Program-made: the position numbers and the translations under genes
Notes under the pieces: generated by a model
Databases searched by the model: none
Told to the model about the DNA's origin: nothing
What the model saw: the letters and a program-made list of their open reading frames with translations, nothing else
Virus record (IMG/VR): IMGVR_UViG_3300023174_000117
Span: 1-64,000 of that record
DNA length: 64,000 nt
Strand: one strand, 5' to 3'
Source of the DNA: a virus
Shown: positions 20,254 to 30,190 of the stretch, piece after piece
Layout: the number at the start of each line of letters is the position of its first letter
How positions within the stretch are numbered: the first letter of the stretch is position 1

Positions 20254-23200
20254 TCTGAAATTCCCAATATTTCAGATAGATTTGTAGACTCAAAAGTTAA
20301 TATAACTTTGCTAAATCCATCTTGTGATGCTGTTGTTGTTAATAGATTAACTAGTAAATAATGCTGGGCAGAACCGGTTGGTTTATATGAACAATCAAAT
20401 GTAAAATATCCTCCGGCCATTGTAATTAGACTATTCAGCGTACCTGAAGATACAACGGTAGTGTAAGTTCCGGAGGTATTACCCTCCTTTATTATAAGTA
20501 CTTCGATCTGAGAGGCTGCTGTAATATCACCTGTAATCTTTACTGATGTCAGTTTCTGTCCGCTCAAAATCTCTATTGGGGTGGAAACGGATTCCGATAT
20601 ATTTACATTAACGAAAGGTCTAGTATAAGCCCCAACTAATGGGGCGTAAATTCTATCCGTAGGAATTATTGCTGGAGACATTATTCCAACAAATAGGGGA
20701 TCATATGCATCAAAGTGATAGGTTGTTCCTGCGCCAATAACTATCTGGCTTTGATAGAACCAATAAGTTTTTGTTATTTTTCTTGCGGTATCGAAGAATA
20801 TATTTGATGTTGTAAGCTGCCCACCAATAACCAAATTATTAGAGATCCTGTCGGTTCTATCATCTGTACCTACAAGTGGGGTCGAGTTACCGATAGATGT
20901 TATATCATTATCTGGAGGAAAGTCACTCGCATCAAAGATAGATGGGCTAGTTATTGGTTCCGCTGAAATTATTACGTTGTTCTGAAGACATACATTCTTG
21001 TATCTAACAGAGGAAGCTAGCGGAGTGAAATTTATTGGAGATAGGAGGGTATTCGAAGTTTTTATATAACAATCTTTTATTGTTATATTTCCCTTATTCG
21101 TTACCGAATCATCCTCCTCCCTTATCTCTAAGGAAGAGAAAGAATAATAATAAGCAAATGATGTAGAAAGTCCAGTGATATCATTTAATTTTGATATGCC
21201 GTCTATATTAAGTTTGAAATCATAATTATTACCGAGAGAATCGTAATTATTAAGATCTAGAACATGTATGCCACCAGTTGTCAGCTCGAAATTCTTAAGA
21301 GTTAAGAATCCGTTATAAAACCTGTCATGAGCAAGTGTTGCGTGAATTCCTGTTTGGTTGAAGCCATAACCTGGAATGGTTATAGCGCCAGCAAAAACAT
21401 AATCACCGTCGGAAGCGGAAATATTATAAAATATCTTTACCTTTGTTGATGTACCTTCCCCGGAGATTGTAACAGGGAAATCTACCCAAAAACCATCTCT
21501 AATTAAGGTGTTATAATAGTTCTTCCTTGTATCATCCTCAGCTATCGTAACTACTGCAAAGTACCAATCAAGTATTGACAACTCAGTAGTAATGTCTATT
21601 GACACCGTGTGTGTTCCGGATTTCATATGAACTTCCGGAGTTCCTGCGGATGGATATATCTGCTGGAATCTTTTTGCATACTTTAGGGCTTTTACTAAAT
21701 CACTAAAGTGTGCCATGCCTGGCTCAGGACTTACAGTTATAGAATTAAGTATCTTTAAGTCTATCTCGTTTATAAACAGTCTCTGATCATAAGAATATAC
21801 AATTCCGCCAGAAAGCTCTATGCTACCCAACAATGCAACGTTCGCATCCTGCCAAGGATAGTTGCAGAGCGGATCGCAAGACTCGAAAATCAGATTTCCG
21901 TCCTGGTCTACCCCTATATATACTTTGTCCGTATCCGCAGAATTAATTGCAGTCGAAATATTTTCAAAATTTTTAAATATAAATTTTCTTCCGCCTACGT
22001 AACAAGATCCAGAGCTTATACTAACTAAATAAATGCCATCTATTCCTACAGATCCTGACAAGACATCTAGACCAAAGATTACGCCGTTACTTCTGAGATC
22101 ATCTATCCCGGGTCGTACAACAGTATCAACGAAACGACTGGATATGTCTCTGTCAGAAATTACACCATAATCTAATTCAGAGAAGAATCTTGGACCACCG
22201 ATTCCACCAACGAGGGAGGATGAAAAGCTATCATAAGCTATGTTGGCTAAGACGAGATTATTATCTCTGTCGATCTTACTGAAGAGATATACAATCGAGC
22301 TGGTTTGTGATGTAGAGCCTATATAACTGTAAAGATCTTCTTTGCTTGGAACATAAACATCAATAGATAGAGCGTTGTTATCGGAAAAGAGTTTTATATA
22401 ATTGTGATTTCCGACTATTTTTATGGAGGGACCTTGATCTAGACTTATGCTAACGTAGCCGTCTGCTGTTTGAGTATAATTAATTGTTGCTTGCTCGACC
22501 CCAAATTTATTATCAAAACCAACCACCGTTAATAGGGAAGAACTTACTAATACAGGCGTCTCCAGCTCTGCGATTGGATTGTAAAAAAAATTTATTTCAT
22601 CGTCAATAAATATCTCAAAGAGTATGCTTCCGAAGGATCCTGCCACCTTTATGAATTCATATTCTGAAAAATCAAGGGTATTATTTAAAATTACGTATGT
22701 TAAGCCATCAACGCTTGTGCTAGGTAAACCTGAAGGTAACTGGTCAGAAGATATTGTTAGTGTTGATTCTGTAACTGCGGATATTCTTAAGGATATGTTG
22801 TATCCAAAACCAAGGATTATTATTATATCCCCTTTCTTCACGCCACTTGTAACAAAGTTTATTGAAGAATCTGTAGTCTCCAATATGTTCAAATTTTGAG
22901 TGAAGCTTATGCTTTGAGTCTTTATTTTTATTGCACTCTTGTTGTGTTCTTTTCCGTTTATCACAAATGATGCAGAGTATTTCCCGTAGATGTTTTTGTC
23001 TTCGCAATAGGAGAAACCAAGAGAATCTATGGCGTCGTCTGTCGATCGAGATATTTTAAAATAAATATCTGTCGAGTCTCCCGTGGCGACATTCGAGCAT
23101 ATTGCTAGCTCTGAACCTCCATGTTCATCATCAGCTCGATATGCTAATACGGGAAGAAGATAAGAATCAAGCTGCTCATTAATATAGGCGATTAATGAGT

Positions 23201-24488
23201 CAAGACTTGTACCAGATAATACAAAGCAATCTATGTTGTACGGAATACCATCATTAATTGATATATTGAAATATCTATTCGTGGCGGTTATTTCTCCGAT
23301 TTTAATTGATGAGGATATTGCGGATGCTGCGCTTGGATCGCAAAACATCACAGTTGACGAGGATGTTAGCGAGTGATTTTGCATTGCGCCAGTCAGCAAC
23401 GATGACTTTGTGTAATTTGTTTTTTGCTTATAATAAATATAAGAGCTGTTAGTTGTAATGTCTTCAGTTACAAATCCAAAAACATCAAAGGATGAAATTT
23501 TTGTAGCGTCTGATGGATTATAATTAACGCCTAATATTTGAAAGGTTCTCTCGACACCATCAGATATAATTGATATTTTATCAGACTTTTCAATTTCAAA
23601 ATCCGGCTTATCTATGTCAACAGACAGCGACATATTAGATATTTTTGAATAAGAGGAGTTTTTAAGAATTGTTACGGATATATTAGATGCAATAAGAATT
23701 CCATACGAAGAGTTGTTCAAATCTAATATATTTGCTTTTCTAACGATTCCGTTTGAGTTGTTGTAATTTTTATAGTTTTCTATTGCAACTATTGGTGCTG
23801 CAACTAGGTCCTCTATTGCGCCTTGAACTGTAGATGATGATATTACAGAACCTGTATTTGCATTGTCAAAATATATTTGGTTTGAATTATGAGAATTGTT
23901 TTCTGATGATATATTTGAACCACTGTAATTTACGTGGGATGATATTATGCTGTCTAATGCGGCCTGAACATTGGAATCGGAGAATGATTTTAATGATTCC
24001 GATGATGAACCTGAAAATGCCGAAGTAGATATTGCGGTTGCTGGATGCCTTGCTGAAGCACTCTTATTTAGGTGAGATGATAAATTTGCGCTAATTTCTT
24101 TAATCTGAAGCTCAAGAGAATCAATTACAGAATTAACGTAAGATACTTGTGCCTGCAGAACATTAGTTGGAAAATTTAGCTTTAATTTATCTTCCTCTAT
24201 GGCTGCAGTTTTTGCGATATTGTCGTTTGTGATTGGTCCATAAATCACATTTGCTTTATCGAGAGCCTCTTTCAATATTGAACCAGACGGATCCAAACTC
24301 TTGGATAGCCTGGACGAGACGCTATTACCTATGGCACCCTGAGGGTTTATGCCTAAAGTTTTTTCAATTTGGATTATTGCAGATCTAATAGAGTTTATGG
24401 AGTCTGCACCTATCTCATTTAAGTTGTTTCTTACTATAGGTAGCTCAGCAGATGTATCTATTTGATTTGGATATTTTGAATTTGACAT
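20250..24488 (-). CDS. Virion fibre/tailspike-like protein, paralog 1
   Basis: 1412 aa with the same architecture as 16666..20253. Divergent beta-helix region plus an extra C-terminal domain. Confidence 0.6.
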   Translation of the reverse strand: MSNSKYPNQIDTSAELPIVRNNLNEIGADSINSIRSAIIQIEKTLGINPQGAIGNSVSSRLSKSLDPSGSILKEALDKANVIYGPITNDNIAKTAAIEEDKLKLNFPTNVLQAQVSYVNSVIDSLELQIKEISANLSSHLNKSASARHPATAISTSAFSGSSSESLKSFSDSNVQAALDSIISSHVNYSGSNISSENNSHNSNQIYFDNANTGSVISSSTVQGAIEDLVAAPIVAIENYKNYNNSNGIVRKANILDLNNSSYGILIASNISVTILKNSSYSKISNMSLSVDIDKPDFEIEKSDKISIISDGVERTFQILGVNYNPSDATKISSFDVFGFVTEDITTNSSYIYYKQKTNYTKSSLLTGAMQNHSLTSSSTVMFCDPSAASAISSSIKIGEITATNRYFNISINDGIPYNIDCFVLSGTSLDSLIAYINEQLDSYLLPVLAYRADDEHGGSELAICSNVATGDSTDIYFKISRSTDDAIDSLGFSYCEDKNIYGKYSASFVINGKEHNKSAIKIKTQSISFTQNLNILETTDSSINFVTSGVKKGDIIIILGFGYNISLRISAVTESTLTISSDQLPSGLPSTSVDGLTYVILNNTLDFSEYEFIKVAGSFGSILFEIFIDDEINFFYNPIAELETPVLVSSSLLTVVGFDNKFGVEQATINYTQTADGYVSISLDQGPSIKIVGNHNYIKLFSDNNALSIDVYVPSKEDLYSYIGSTSQTSSIVYLFSKIDRDNNLVLANIAYDSFSSSLVGGIGGPRFFSELDYGVISDRDISSRFVDTVVRPGIDDLRSNGVIFGLDVLSGSVGIDGIYLVSISSGSCYVGGRKFIFKNFENISTAINSADTDKVYIGVDQDGNLIFESCDPLCNYPWQDANVALLGSIELSGGIVYSYDQRLFINEIDLKILNSITVSPEPGMAHFSDLVKALKYAKRFQQIYPSAGTPEVHMKSGTHTVSIDITTELSILDWYFAVVTIAEDDTRKNYYNTLIRDGFWVDFPVTISGEGTSTKVKIFYNISASDGDYVFAGAITIPGYGFNQTGIHATLAHDRFYNGFLTLKNFELTTGGIHVLDLNNYDSLGNNYDFKLNIDGISKLNDITGLSTSFAYYYSFSSLEIREEDDSVTNKGNITIKDCYIKTSNTLLSPINFTPLASSVRYKNVCLQNNVIISAEPITSPSIFDASDFPPDNDITSIGNSTPLVGTDDRTDRISNNLVIGGQLTTSNIFFDTARKITKTYWFYQSQIVIGAGTTYHFDAYDPLFVGIMSPAIIPTDRIYAPLVGAYTRPFVNVNISESVSTPIEILSGQKLTSVKITGDITAASQIEVLIIKEGNTSGTYTTVVSSGTLNSLITMAGGYFTFDCSYKPTGSAQHYLLVNLLTTTASQDGFSKVILTFESTNLSEILGISE

Positions 24489-24521
24489 ACTCTATACTTA
24501 TAATTTAATATATTGTTGTTT

Positions 24522-24782
24522 TTAATATACTAAATATTTTTCTTTAGAATTAGTTATTTCGTAGCACCCATTTTCAATATTTATATTTTTGTCCGCTTCA
24601 ACGGATGAATTACTTATAGGTAAAATTATGGATGGTTCAAAATTATTATAAGATATAAAGCTAAACTGAGATTCGCTTAAAGACATCATATTTATAACTT
24701 TTTCAGATATTTCATTATAATTTTTGAAAAAATAAGAAATATTAAAAAGAATGAAAATGATTAGAGAGGTATGCTTTAACAT
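24522..24782 (-). CDS. Small protein with N-terminal hydrophobic segment
   Basis: 86 aa. SLIIFILFNISYFF is a possible signal or TM segment. AGGA RBS. Confidence 0.4.
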   Translation of the reverse strand: MLKHTSLIIFILFNISYFFKNYNEISEKVINMMSLSESQFSFISYNNFEPSIILPISNSSVEADKNINIENGCYEITNSKEKYLVY

Positions 24783-24794
24783 GAAACTTCCTAA

Positions 24795-25043
24795 TTATTC
24801 TAATGATATTGGATCTATCTTAACTTTTTCTATATCAGTTTTATTCATAAGTTCTTTTATTGACTCTATATTTATATCGAAGTAAATCTTGGAACCATCT
24901 TCATCTTCTGATGAAAATTTATTTAAACTGACATTATTATCATTAAAACTATTAGTAATTATTTTAGATAGCTTTTTGTGAATAACCAGGTCTGTTTTAG
25001 CATTTAACTCTGCTAATTTTTTTATTAAAAATTCCTTATTCAT
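24795..25043 (-). CDS. Hypothetical protein
   Basis: Start reassigned to MNKEFL (ATG 25043), which overlaps the stop of the upstream gene. 82 aa. Confidence 0.45.
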   Translation of the reverse strand: MNKEFLIKKLAELNAKTDLVIHKKLSKIITNSFNDNNVSLNKFSSEDEDGSKIYFDINIESIKELMNKTDIEKVKIDPISLE

Positions 25044-25281
25044 TTGGCTGCTCTTCCTTTTTTCCAAAATCCGTCCATTTTCTTGCAACATAAGCAGTGA
25101 ATGTGGAAGACATATACATAGTAAGTATTGCTATGTCAACTGGCACAAAAGAAAAAGATAAGTATTTCTCAAATACTGGCGAGAAAGAAACAAGAATTAT
25201 ATTCATGGTTACAACAAGAAAGGAAATTGTTGCAAATGTTAACATCGCATCCTTTCTACCTTTGCTATTTTTAATCCACAT
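25036..25281 (-). CDS. Small two-TM membrane protein (holin-like)
   Basis: 81 aa with two hydrophobic helices and a charged C-terminus. GGAG RBS. Confidence 0.45.
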   Translation of the reverse strand: MWIKNSKGRKDAMLTFATISFLVVTMNIILVSFSPVFEKYLSFSFVPVDIAILTMYMSSTFTAYVARKWTDFGKKEEQPNE

Positions 25282-25289
25282 AGATTCTC

Positions 25290-27287
25290 CTAGGGGTTCT
25301 TCATGAATGGATATTGATACAGAATATCTGTCTTGTCCATTCTCATTAAATTTAACTTTTGCCTTCCGTACTTATTAAATACAAATCTTTCTCTCGATGA
25401 GTCTAAAACTTCATATATGAACTCAATATCATCAGTGTAATCAAATCGTATAATAACATCACGATCTTTTATTATTGGTTTATATAAGGCTAATGCGGAT
25501 GGTTTGAATTCTTGATTTAGATGCTGATGATCCCCAAGCGCTAAATTTTCTGGGGTCTCATAGAATCTGATGAGAACCCGCTTATCAGCTCTCCTTTGAT
25601 TGATATACTGCTCATATCCACCGACGATGCCCGTTCCAAAGCAGAACTTGCAACTTCTAATTTTAGGATGTTGCCTTCTTAAGGTCACACAACTGCAGGT
25701 TTCTCCAGACCATAGTCTCTTGAGAAGTACACATTTTTCTCCGACATTCTCCATCAGCTCCTCTTCTCTATCGAGAGCCCGCTGATATATATTTACTCCC
25801 CTAAATCCATTATATTCTCCACCAAGATATGTTCCGCAGTCGTTCTTATTGTTTAAAACTTCCCATGGCAATGGCTGGTGATATCCGCAGTGATCTAGAC
25901 CGTCATGGGCCATTTTCTCAAAATCAGAAAAGTCCGGAACAATAAGGCCAACAGCATTGTATTGTCTTCCGGTAGACTCTTGATCCTGATAGGTACAAGT
26001 GCCATAAATAATAACGTTGTTATCATCCTGGCAAGACAGGAACATCTCGACCGGATCCGATGAGTCATGATATGCCGGAGTTGTTCCGGAAAGTCCTCTG
26101 CCACCAGATGGCACCAGAAAATAATTTTCATCAAAATTTATTGAATTATATCTTATTACTTCGGTTCCAACTTTCAACAAACCTGTGGCCGGAAACCCAA
26201 CTACACTCGAAACTTTAATTATAGTGGATTCATCAGAAATCTCTTCAACAAGGGTTGTTGATGATGGCAGATAAAAAATTCCAGGAGAGAGCTCTCCCAT
26301 GCCATCTGTATTCAAAGAGTCCTTGTACGTCTCCATAACTCTAGCGGCAAAGTAATATCCGATTCCAACGGAGAATTCTGACAACGTTGTCTCAAGTATA
26401 GAACTATCTATCAGATACTTTGGTTCAGAATCAAAGATTTTAAGACGATCTTCTGAGTAGTATAGCAAAACATAAATATCGCTATTGTAAAATCTTGAAG
26501 CAGGCTTGGACCAGCTTATATAGAGATCTTTGCCATTTCCAAGGTCGCGAACAGACGTAACGCCCTGAAAGAAACCTACGAATCCACCTTGAGGAAATAT
26601 GTCTGGAAGTGGTACTTCGGTATACTTTATAAAAAACTTAAAGGAGGAAGATAGAATCTTTGAACTTGAATTTGATATTTCATAACGAAGAGTGTATGCG
26701 CCATCTCTCAGGAACTCATCTGGATCTATTGTTATCTCTACGTCACGAAGAGTTACCGAGGTTATGTTGCTACCAATTCCATGAAATCCGTTCTGAAAAT
26801 CACCATTTTTAATTGCATAAGCGCCATTGATAGACACATTAATTGTAGATAAATCAAGATCTTCAGAGTCATCCTTAAATTCCAAAAAAATCCTTTGAGG
26901 CGATACTACATTCGAATTGTTTTCGGGAGAAGAAAAGAAAAGATATGGCTTGTTTTCAATTACTTTGAAAGAATAATTAAAATTATTATATTTTCCTAAA
27001 AAGTTTTGAACCTGTATTTTAACGTTTATTATGGAGTTTTCTTCAAAGTTATTTTCAAGATTTATTACAACCGAAAGGTTATCTCCGACTGGATTTATAT
27101 CAGAATAAATTCCGGCAAACCCCGGCTTAAACTCAGAACCTTCTACTGCAGTTGTTCCGTTTATTTGAACAATCAATGTTGATGAATTGATTCCATTTCC
27201 ATCATCAACAATAGTAAATTCAATTAATGTATCGAGAGGATTTCTTTTGGATCCCTCCGGAGGACTAACTCCAGTTAAAGAAAACAT
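25290..27287 (-). CDS. Neck / head-closure protein with N-terminal Ig/FN3-like domains
   Basis: 665 aa. Two related beta-sandwich repeats (SPPEG.../SPENN...) and an FN3-like segment (ISWSKP...YYFAAR). C-terminal CSC...CKFCFGTG..GGY Zn-finger connector-like domain. Confidence 0.5.
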   Translation of the reverse strand: MFSLTGVSPPEGSKRNPLDTLIEFTIVDDGNGINSSTLIVQINGTTAVEGSEFKPGFAGIYSDINPVGDNLSVVINLENNFEENSIINVKIQVQNFLGKYNNFNYSFKVIENKPYLFFSSPENNSNVVSPQRIFLEFKDDSEDLDLSTINVSINGAYAIKNGDFQNGFHGIGSNITSVTLRDVEITIDPDEFLRDGAYTLRYEISNSSSKILSSSFKFFIKYTEVPLPDIFPQGGFVGFFQGVTSVRDLGNGKDLYISWSKPASRFYNSDIYVLLYYSEDRLKIFDSEPKYLIDSSILETTLSEFSVGIGYYFAARVMETYKDSLNTDGMGELSPGIFYLPSSTTLVEEISDESTIIKVSSVVGFPATGLLKVGTEVIRYNSINFDENYFLVPSGGRGLSGTTPAYHDSSDPVEMFLSCQDDNNVIIYGTCTYQDQESTGRQYNAVGLIVPDFSDFEKMAHDGLDHCGYHQPLPWEVLNNKNDCGTYLGGEYNGFRGVNIYQRALDREEELMENVGEKCVLLKRLWSGETCSCVTLRRQHPKIRSCKFCFGTGIVGGYEQYINQRRADKRVLIRFYETPENLALGDHQHLNQEFKPSALALYKPIIKDRDVIIRFDYTDDIEFIYEVLDSSRERFVFNKYGRQKLNLMRMDKTDILYQYPFMKNP

Positions 27288-27328
27288 AATTTCTCCACAC
27301 TTATTTAGATATTATTAATATCTAATGT

Positions 27329-27844
27329 TTACTTCAACTTTTTAAGAAGTTCTTCCTTCTTGGATTCTGCTTCTTCTTTATCTTTTACTTTGTGATATTT
27401 TAGCAGCTTATTTACATATTTTTCGGCTTCTTTTTCCGAACGATTGTTTGCATCAAATTTTATTTGATTTTGAAAAGCCTCAATTTCTTCTGGTCTCTCT
27501 AGATATTTTTTCTTTCTTTTCGTTCTGTCTGTGTCAAACTCTTTTTCTATATGCTGAAATACGTGAGTTAGCTCGTGAACAACATATCTGCATAATATCT
27601 CAAATTTTTCATCAAGCAGTGATGTATTTAGAAACATTTTTCCATCTATTGTCTTTGCAGTAACATCAAGCTTAGAATCAAATGCTATAGAAACTCCATC
27701 TAAATCCTCCGGTTTTCTGTCGTACTCTTCGCAAAGCTCTTTTACTACAGGATCTTTTTTGAGATATTTCTTGACCTTAGATAATATCTTGACTTGATTT
27801 TCTATTGATTCAATCTTTTTTTTCTTCAGTTCTACTACATACAT
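27329..27844 (-). CDS. Zincin-like metalloprotease
   Basis: HELTH (HExxH) motif plus a downstream EIEA third ligand. Confidence 0.6.
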   Translation of the reverse strand: MYVVELKKKKIESIENQVKILSKVKKYLKKDPVVKELCEEYDRKPEDLDGVSIAFDSKLDVTAKTIDGKMFLNTSLLDEKFEILCRYVVHELTHVFQHIEKEFDTDRTKRKKKYLERPEEIEAFQNQIKFDANNRSEKEAEKYVNKLLKYHKVKDKEEAESKKEELLKKLK

Positions 27845-28022
27845 TGTTCTGCATCCCGATTATATATTGTGCTAGCTTTGTACTTTGTTCCAGTTCTGAA
27901 ATTCTTTCGCTTGCCTTACAGATTAAATTTTTCAGTCCAAGAATTTCTAACTCAATTTCGTCAGGCGTCTCTGGCTTTGAGAATCCAAGATAATCAATTT
28001 TGCATTTCTCTATCTTCTTCAT
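27810..28022 (-). CDS. Hypothetical protein
   Basis: Start reassigned to MKKIEK after a GAGG RBS. About 70 aa, fills the operon gap. Confidence 0.35.
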   Translation of the reverse strand: MKKIEKCKIDYLGFSKPETPDEIELEILGLKNLICKASERISELEQSTKLAQYIIGMQNNVCSRTEEKKD

Positions 28023-28182
28023 GTGTCTCATCATCCTCTTGAGATTCGGCGCTAAACTTTCCAACACTCTCTGGTGGAGATGATACTGTAATACAAATAT
28101 CTTTAACCTGCTCGGATATTTTATTTTTAAGAAGGGCGCATTCCTCAATGAGTAATTTTAAGTTATTATCTAAAATATTCAT
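27994..28182 (-). CDS. Hypothetical protein
   Basis: 62 aa with an AGGA RBS. Confidence 0.4.
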   Translation of the reverse strand: MNILDNNLKLLIEECALLKNKISEQVKDICITVSSPPESVGKFSAESQEDDETHEEDREMQN

Positions 28183-28190
28183 TCTGAATC

Positions 28191-28568
28191 CTATTTTTTT
28201 GATAAAAAGAATTTTATTTGTTCTAACGTTTGGGATGTGTCACTGGCCAGCTTGTGATAATCGCCAATGATTTTCTTCAAGTCATCTATTCGCTCAGATC
28301 TTAATTGAGAATTTTCTTGCGTTTTTTCCTGAAGCTCTTTTTGAGCATTTATAAGTTCTCTTTCTAGGTAGTTGATTTTTTTCTCATATCTTTCTTGATT
28401 TTGAGTTACTTTCGTCTCAAGTACCTTCTCTTTTTCATTTATGTTTTTTTCTTTTCCAAACATTTTATTTTCTTTATGAATATTCCAAAAGAAAATCATG
28501 GCCGCAATAATTCCCCAAATGCCACCCTTTTCTATAAGCCCAGATATTATAATAGTAAAAGGATCCAT
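28191..28568 (-). CDS. Membrane-anchored coiled-coil protein (holin-like)
   Basis: TM segment GGIWGIIAAMIFFW followed by a coiled coil. CTGCTAATA motif upstream (28585-28593). Confidence 0.45.
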   Translation of the reverse strand: MDPFTIIISGLIEKGGIWGIIAAMIFFWNIHKENKMFGKEKNINEKEKVLETKVTQNQERYEKKINYLERELINAQKELQEKTQENSQLRSERIDDLKKIIGDYHKLASDTSQTLEQIKFFLSKK

Positions 28569-28653
28569 GATTATTTACCTGTAATATTAGCAGAGTTTTA
28601 TAGTTATTACTTTTATATCTTTATATAGCAAACTTGAACTTTAAAAGGAGATA

Positions 28654-28887
28654 ATGATGAAAGATTATATTTTTATATTGGCAAGCACATCAGATGTTGG
28701 ACAAATTGATCTGTCGGGCTTGGTCGAACTATACAACCAGGGCAGCCCTTTTGTAAAAGTTTATCCATTTCAGGTTCCGACTCAATGCGACGATACGACA
28801 GTAAGTCTAATGGGAAGGGGATTTGCTTTTAATGCCGGATATAATTCAATCGGAACAATAAGTATGGTAATAGCTGTCAATCCATAA
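28654..28887 (+). CDS. Hypothetical protein
   Basis: 77 aa with a strong AAGGAG RBS. Occupies an otherwise empty gap. Confidence 0.6.
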   Translation: MMKDYIFILASTSDVGQIDLSGLVELYNQGSPFVKVYPFQVPTQCDDTTVSLMGRGFAFNAGYNSIGTISMVIAVNP

Positions 28888-28903
28888 TTATTGTATTGAT
28901 AAT

Positions 28904-29812
28904 CTATATTATTCTTCTGGCTCGAACGTGGCGAAGGCGATTCAGGGCAGGACTTCCGCTGGTCAAATTACTATAGGTTCCAAAGCTTCTTGGTCCAGGT
29001 CTAATGCTGTTCTTGATAAACTTAAGCCTTTCCCTATAGCTGCTTAGCCAAGTACCAAAGTGAGTCTGTAAGAAGTCACCTAAAGCTGGTGGCTGATAAG
29101 AGAGTCCTCCATCGCTTATGGTGAAATCTCTGCCCTTTTCAATTAATGCCTGGGAGGATATTGCAAAAACATAAGCTCCCTCTACAAGAGCTGCGGCAAA
29201 TAACTTGTAAATAACTTCATCGGCAAAAGTAAAACTTGTAAAGAATGGAATCATATTGAATTCAGAAAGGGCCTGACAGAGAAAACATATTAGGATATCA
29301 TCTGAAAAGACATCGCATTCTTCGGTTATGATCTCACCGTAAGAATCGTACATTATTGCGCCAAATTCATCTCTTTTAGGCTTCTTACCTGAATTGCGAA
29401 GTCTTGCCTTAAGAAACTTCAGAAGAACGTTTATGCCTAAAATTTCGGCGTCTGTAAAGTCAAAATTGACATCATCTCCAAGTCTTATAGATCCTGATAT
29501 GGCAGAAGATTCATCAACAACGAGAAACTGAAATACGTTTTGTACAGAGATTCCATTTATTTGTGCAGACCAGCTATCAGTCCAGTTGCCCTTATCAGAT
29601 AATTTTGGAACAGAATATGTATATTGATATAACCCCAATTCAACTCTAGTTATGCCACTAGAAGTAGGGCCAACAATCACATTCCCATTGAGGTCTTTTA
29701 TAGTTATCTCTGGAGTCGAATCGGTATCTGTCGGTAGACCGTCGATACCGTAATATTGAATGGAAAGGATTACATCCTGTCCACGAATTGCTTTGCTTCT
29801 GGTATTTGCCAT
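28904..29812 (-). CDS. Head-tail adaptor (neck) protein with N-terminal Ig-like domain
   Basis: 302 aa. Helical adaptor-like C-terminal part (FSDDIL..FL.QALSEFN..P; FTISDGGLS). Located between head and tail genes. Confidence 0.55.
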   Translation of the reverse strand: MANTRSKAIRGQDVILSIQYYGIDGLPTDTDSTPEITIKDLNGNVIVGPTSSGITRVELGLYQYTYSVPKLSDKGNWTDSWSAQINGISVQNVFQFLVVDESSAISGSIRLGDDVNFDFTDAEILGINVLLKFLKARLRNSGKKPKRDEFGAIMYDSYGEIITEECDVFSDDILICFLCQALSEFNMIPFFTSFTFADEVIYKLFAAALVEGAYVFAISSQALIEKGRDFTISDGGLSYQPPALGDFLQTHFGTWLSSYRERLKFIKNSIRPGPRSFGTYSNLTSGSPALNRLRHVRARRII

Positions 29813-30145
29813 TTATTTAGGCTCCGCTCTTGGTGCAGATATCACTTGTTTTTGTGACTGGGACGAAACTGTGAAGTTATCTATTGTAACGTAATCTTCA
29901 CCACTTAACGTTGTTTTTATTATAACAATATAATCTCCAGCTATCTGGGGAGTAAAGCTATAATAGTATGTAGCAGAACTTGAATCTATGGCTGTTGCCA
30001 AAGCAGGTAGGCCAGGAACCAGGGAGCCGTTTGGTTTTATAATTTTTTCTATCGTCGGAACTTGTCCAACTAGCGGCTTTCCATTTAATGTTACTTGCAC
30101 CGGTATCTTTACCTCGGCCCCAAGCAAATAGCTTCCTAAACCCAT
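29813..30145 (-). CDS. Small Ig-like virion protein
   Basis: Start reassigned to MGLGSY (AGGTG RBS). Resembles the N-terminal domain of the adjacent adaptor (YYYSFTP..AGDY vs YQYTYSVP...GNW). Confidence 0.5.
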   Translation of the reverse strand: MGLGSYLLGAEVKIPVQVTLNGKPLVGQVPTIEKIIKPNGSLVPGLPALATAIDSSSATYYYSFTPQIAGDYIVIIKTTLSGEDYVTIDNFTVSSQSQKQVISAPRAEPK

Positions 30146-30190
30146 GAAATCACCTACTACTATCAATAATTATTAATATATGAGAAGTGC

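Noticed and set aside
24522-28568. Lysis cassette
   Set aside because: Small membrane proteins are present, but no endolysin or lipoprotein spanin was recognised. Only weak holin-like calls are kept.
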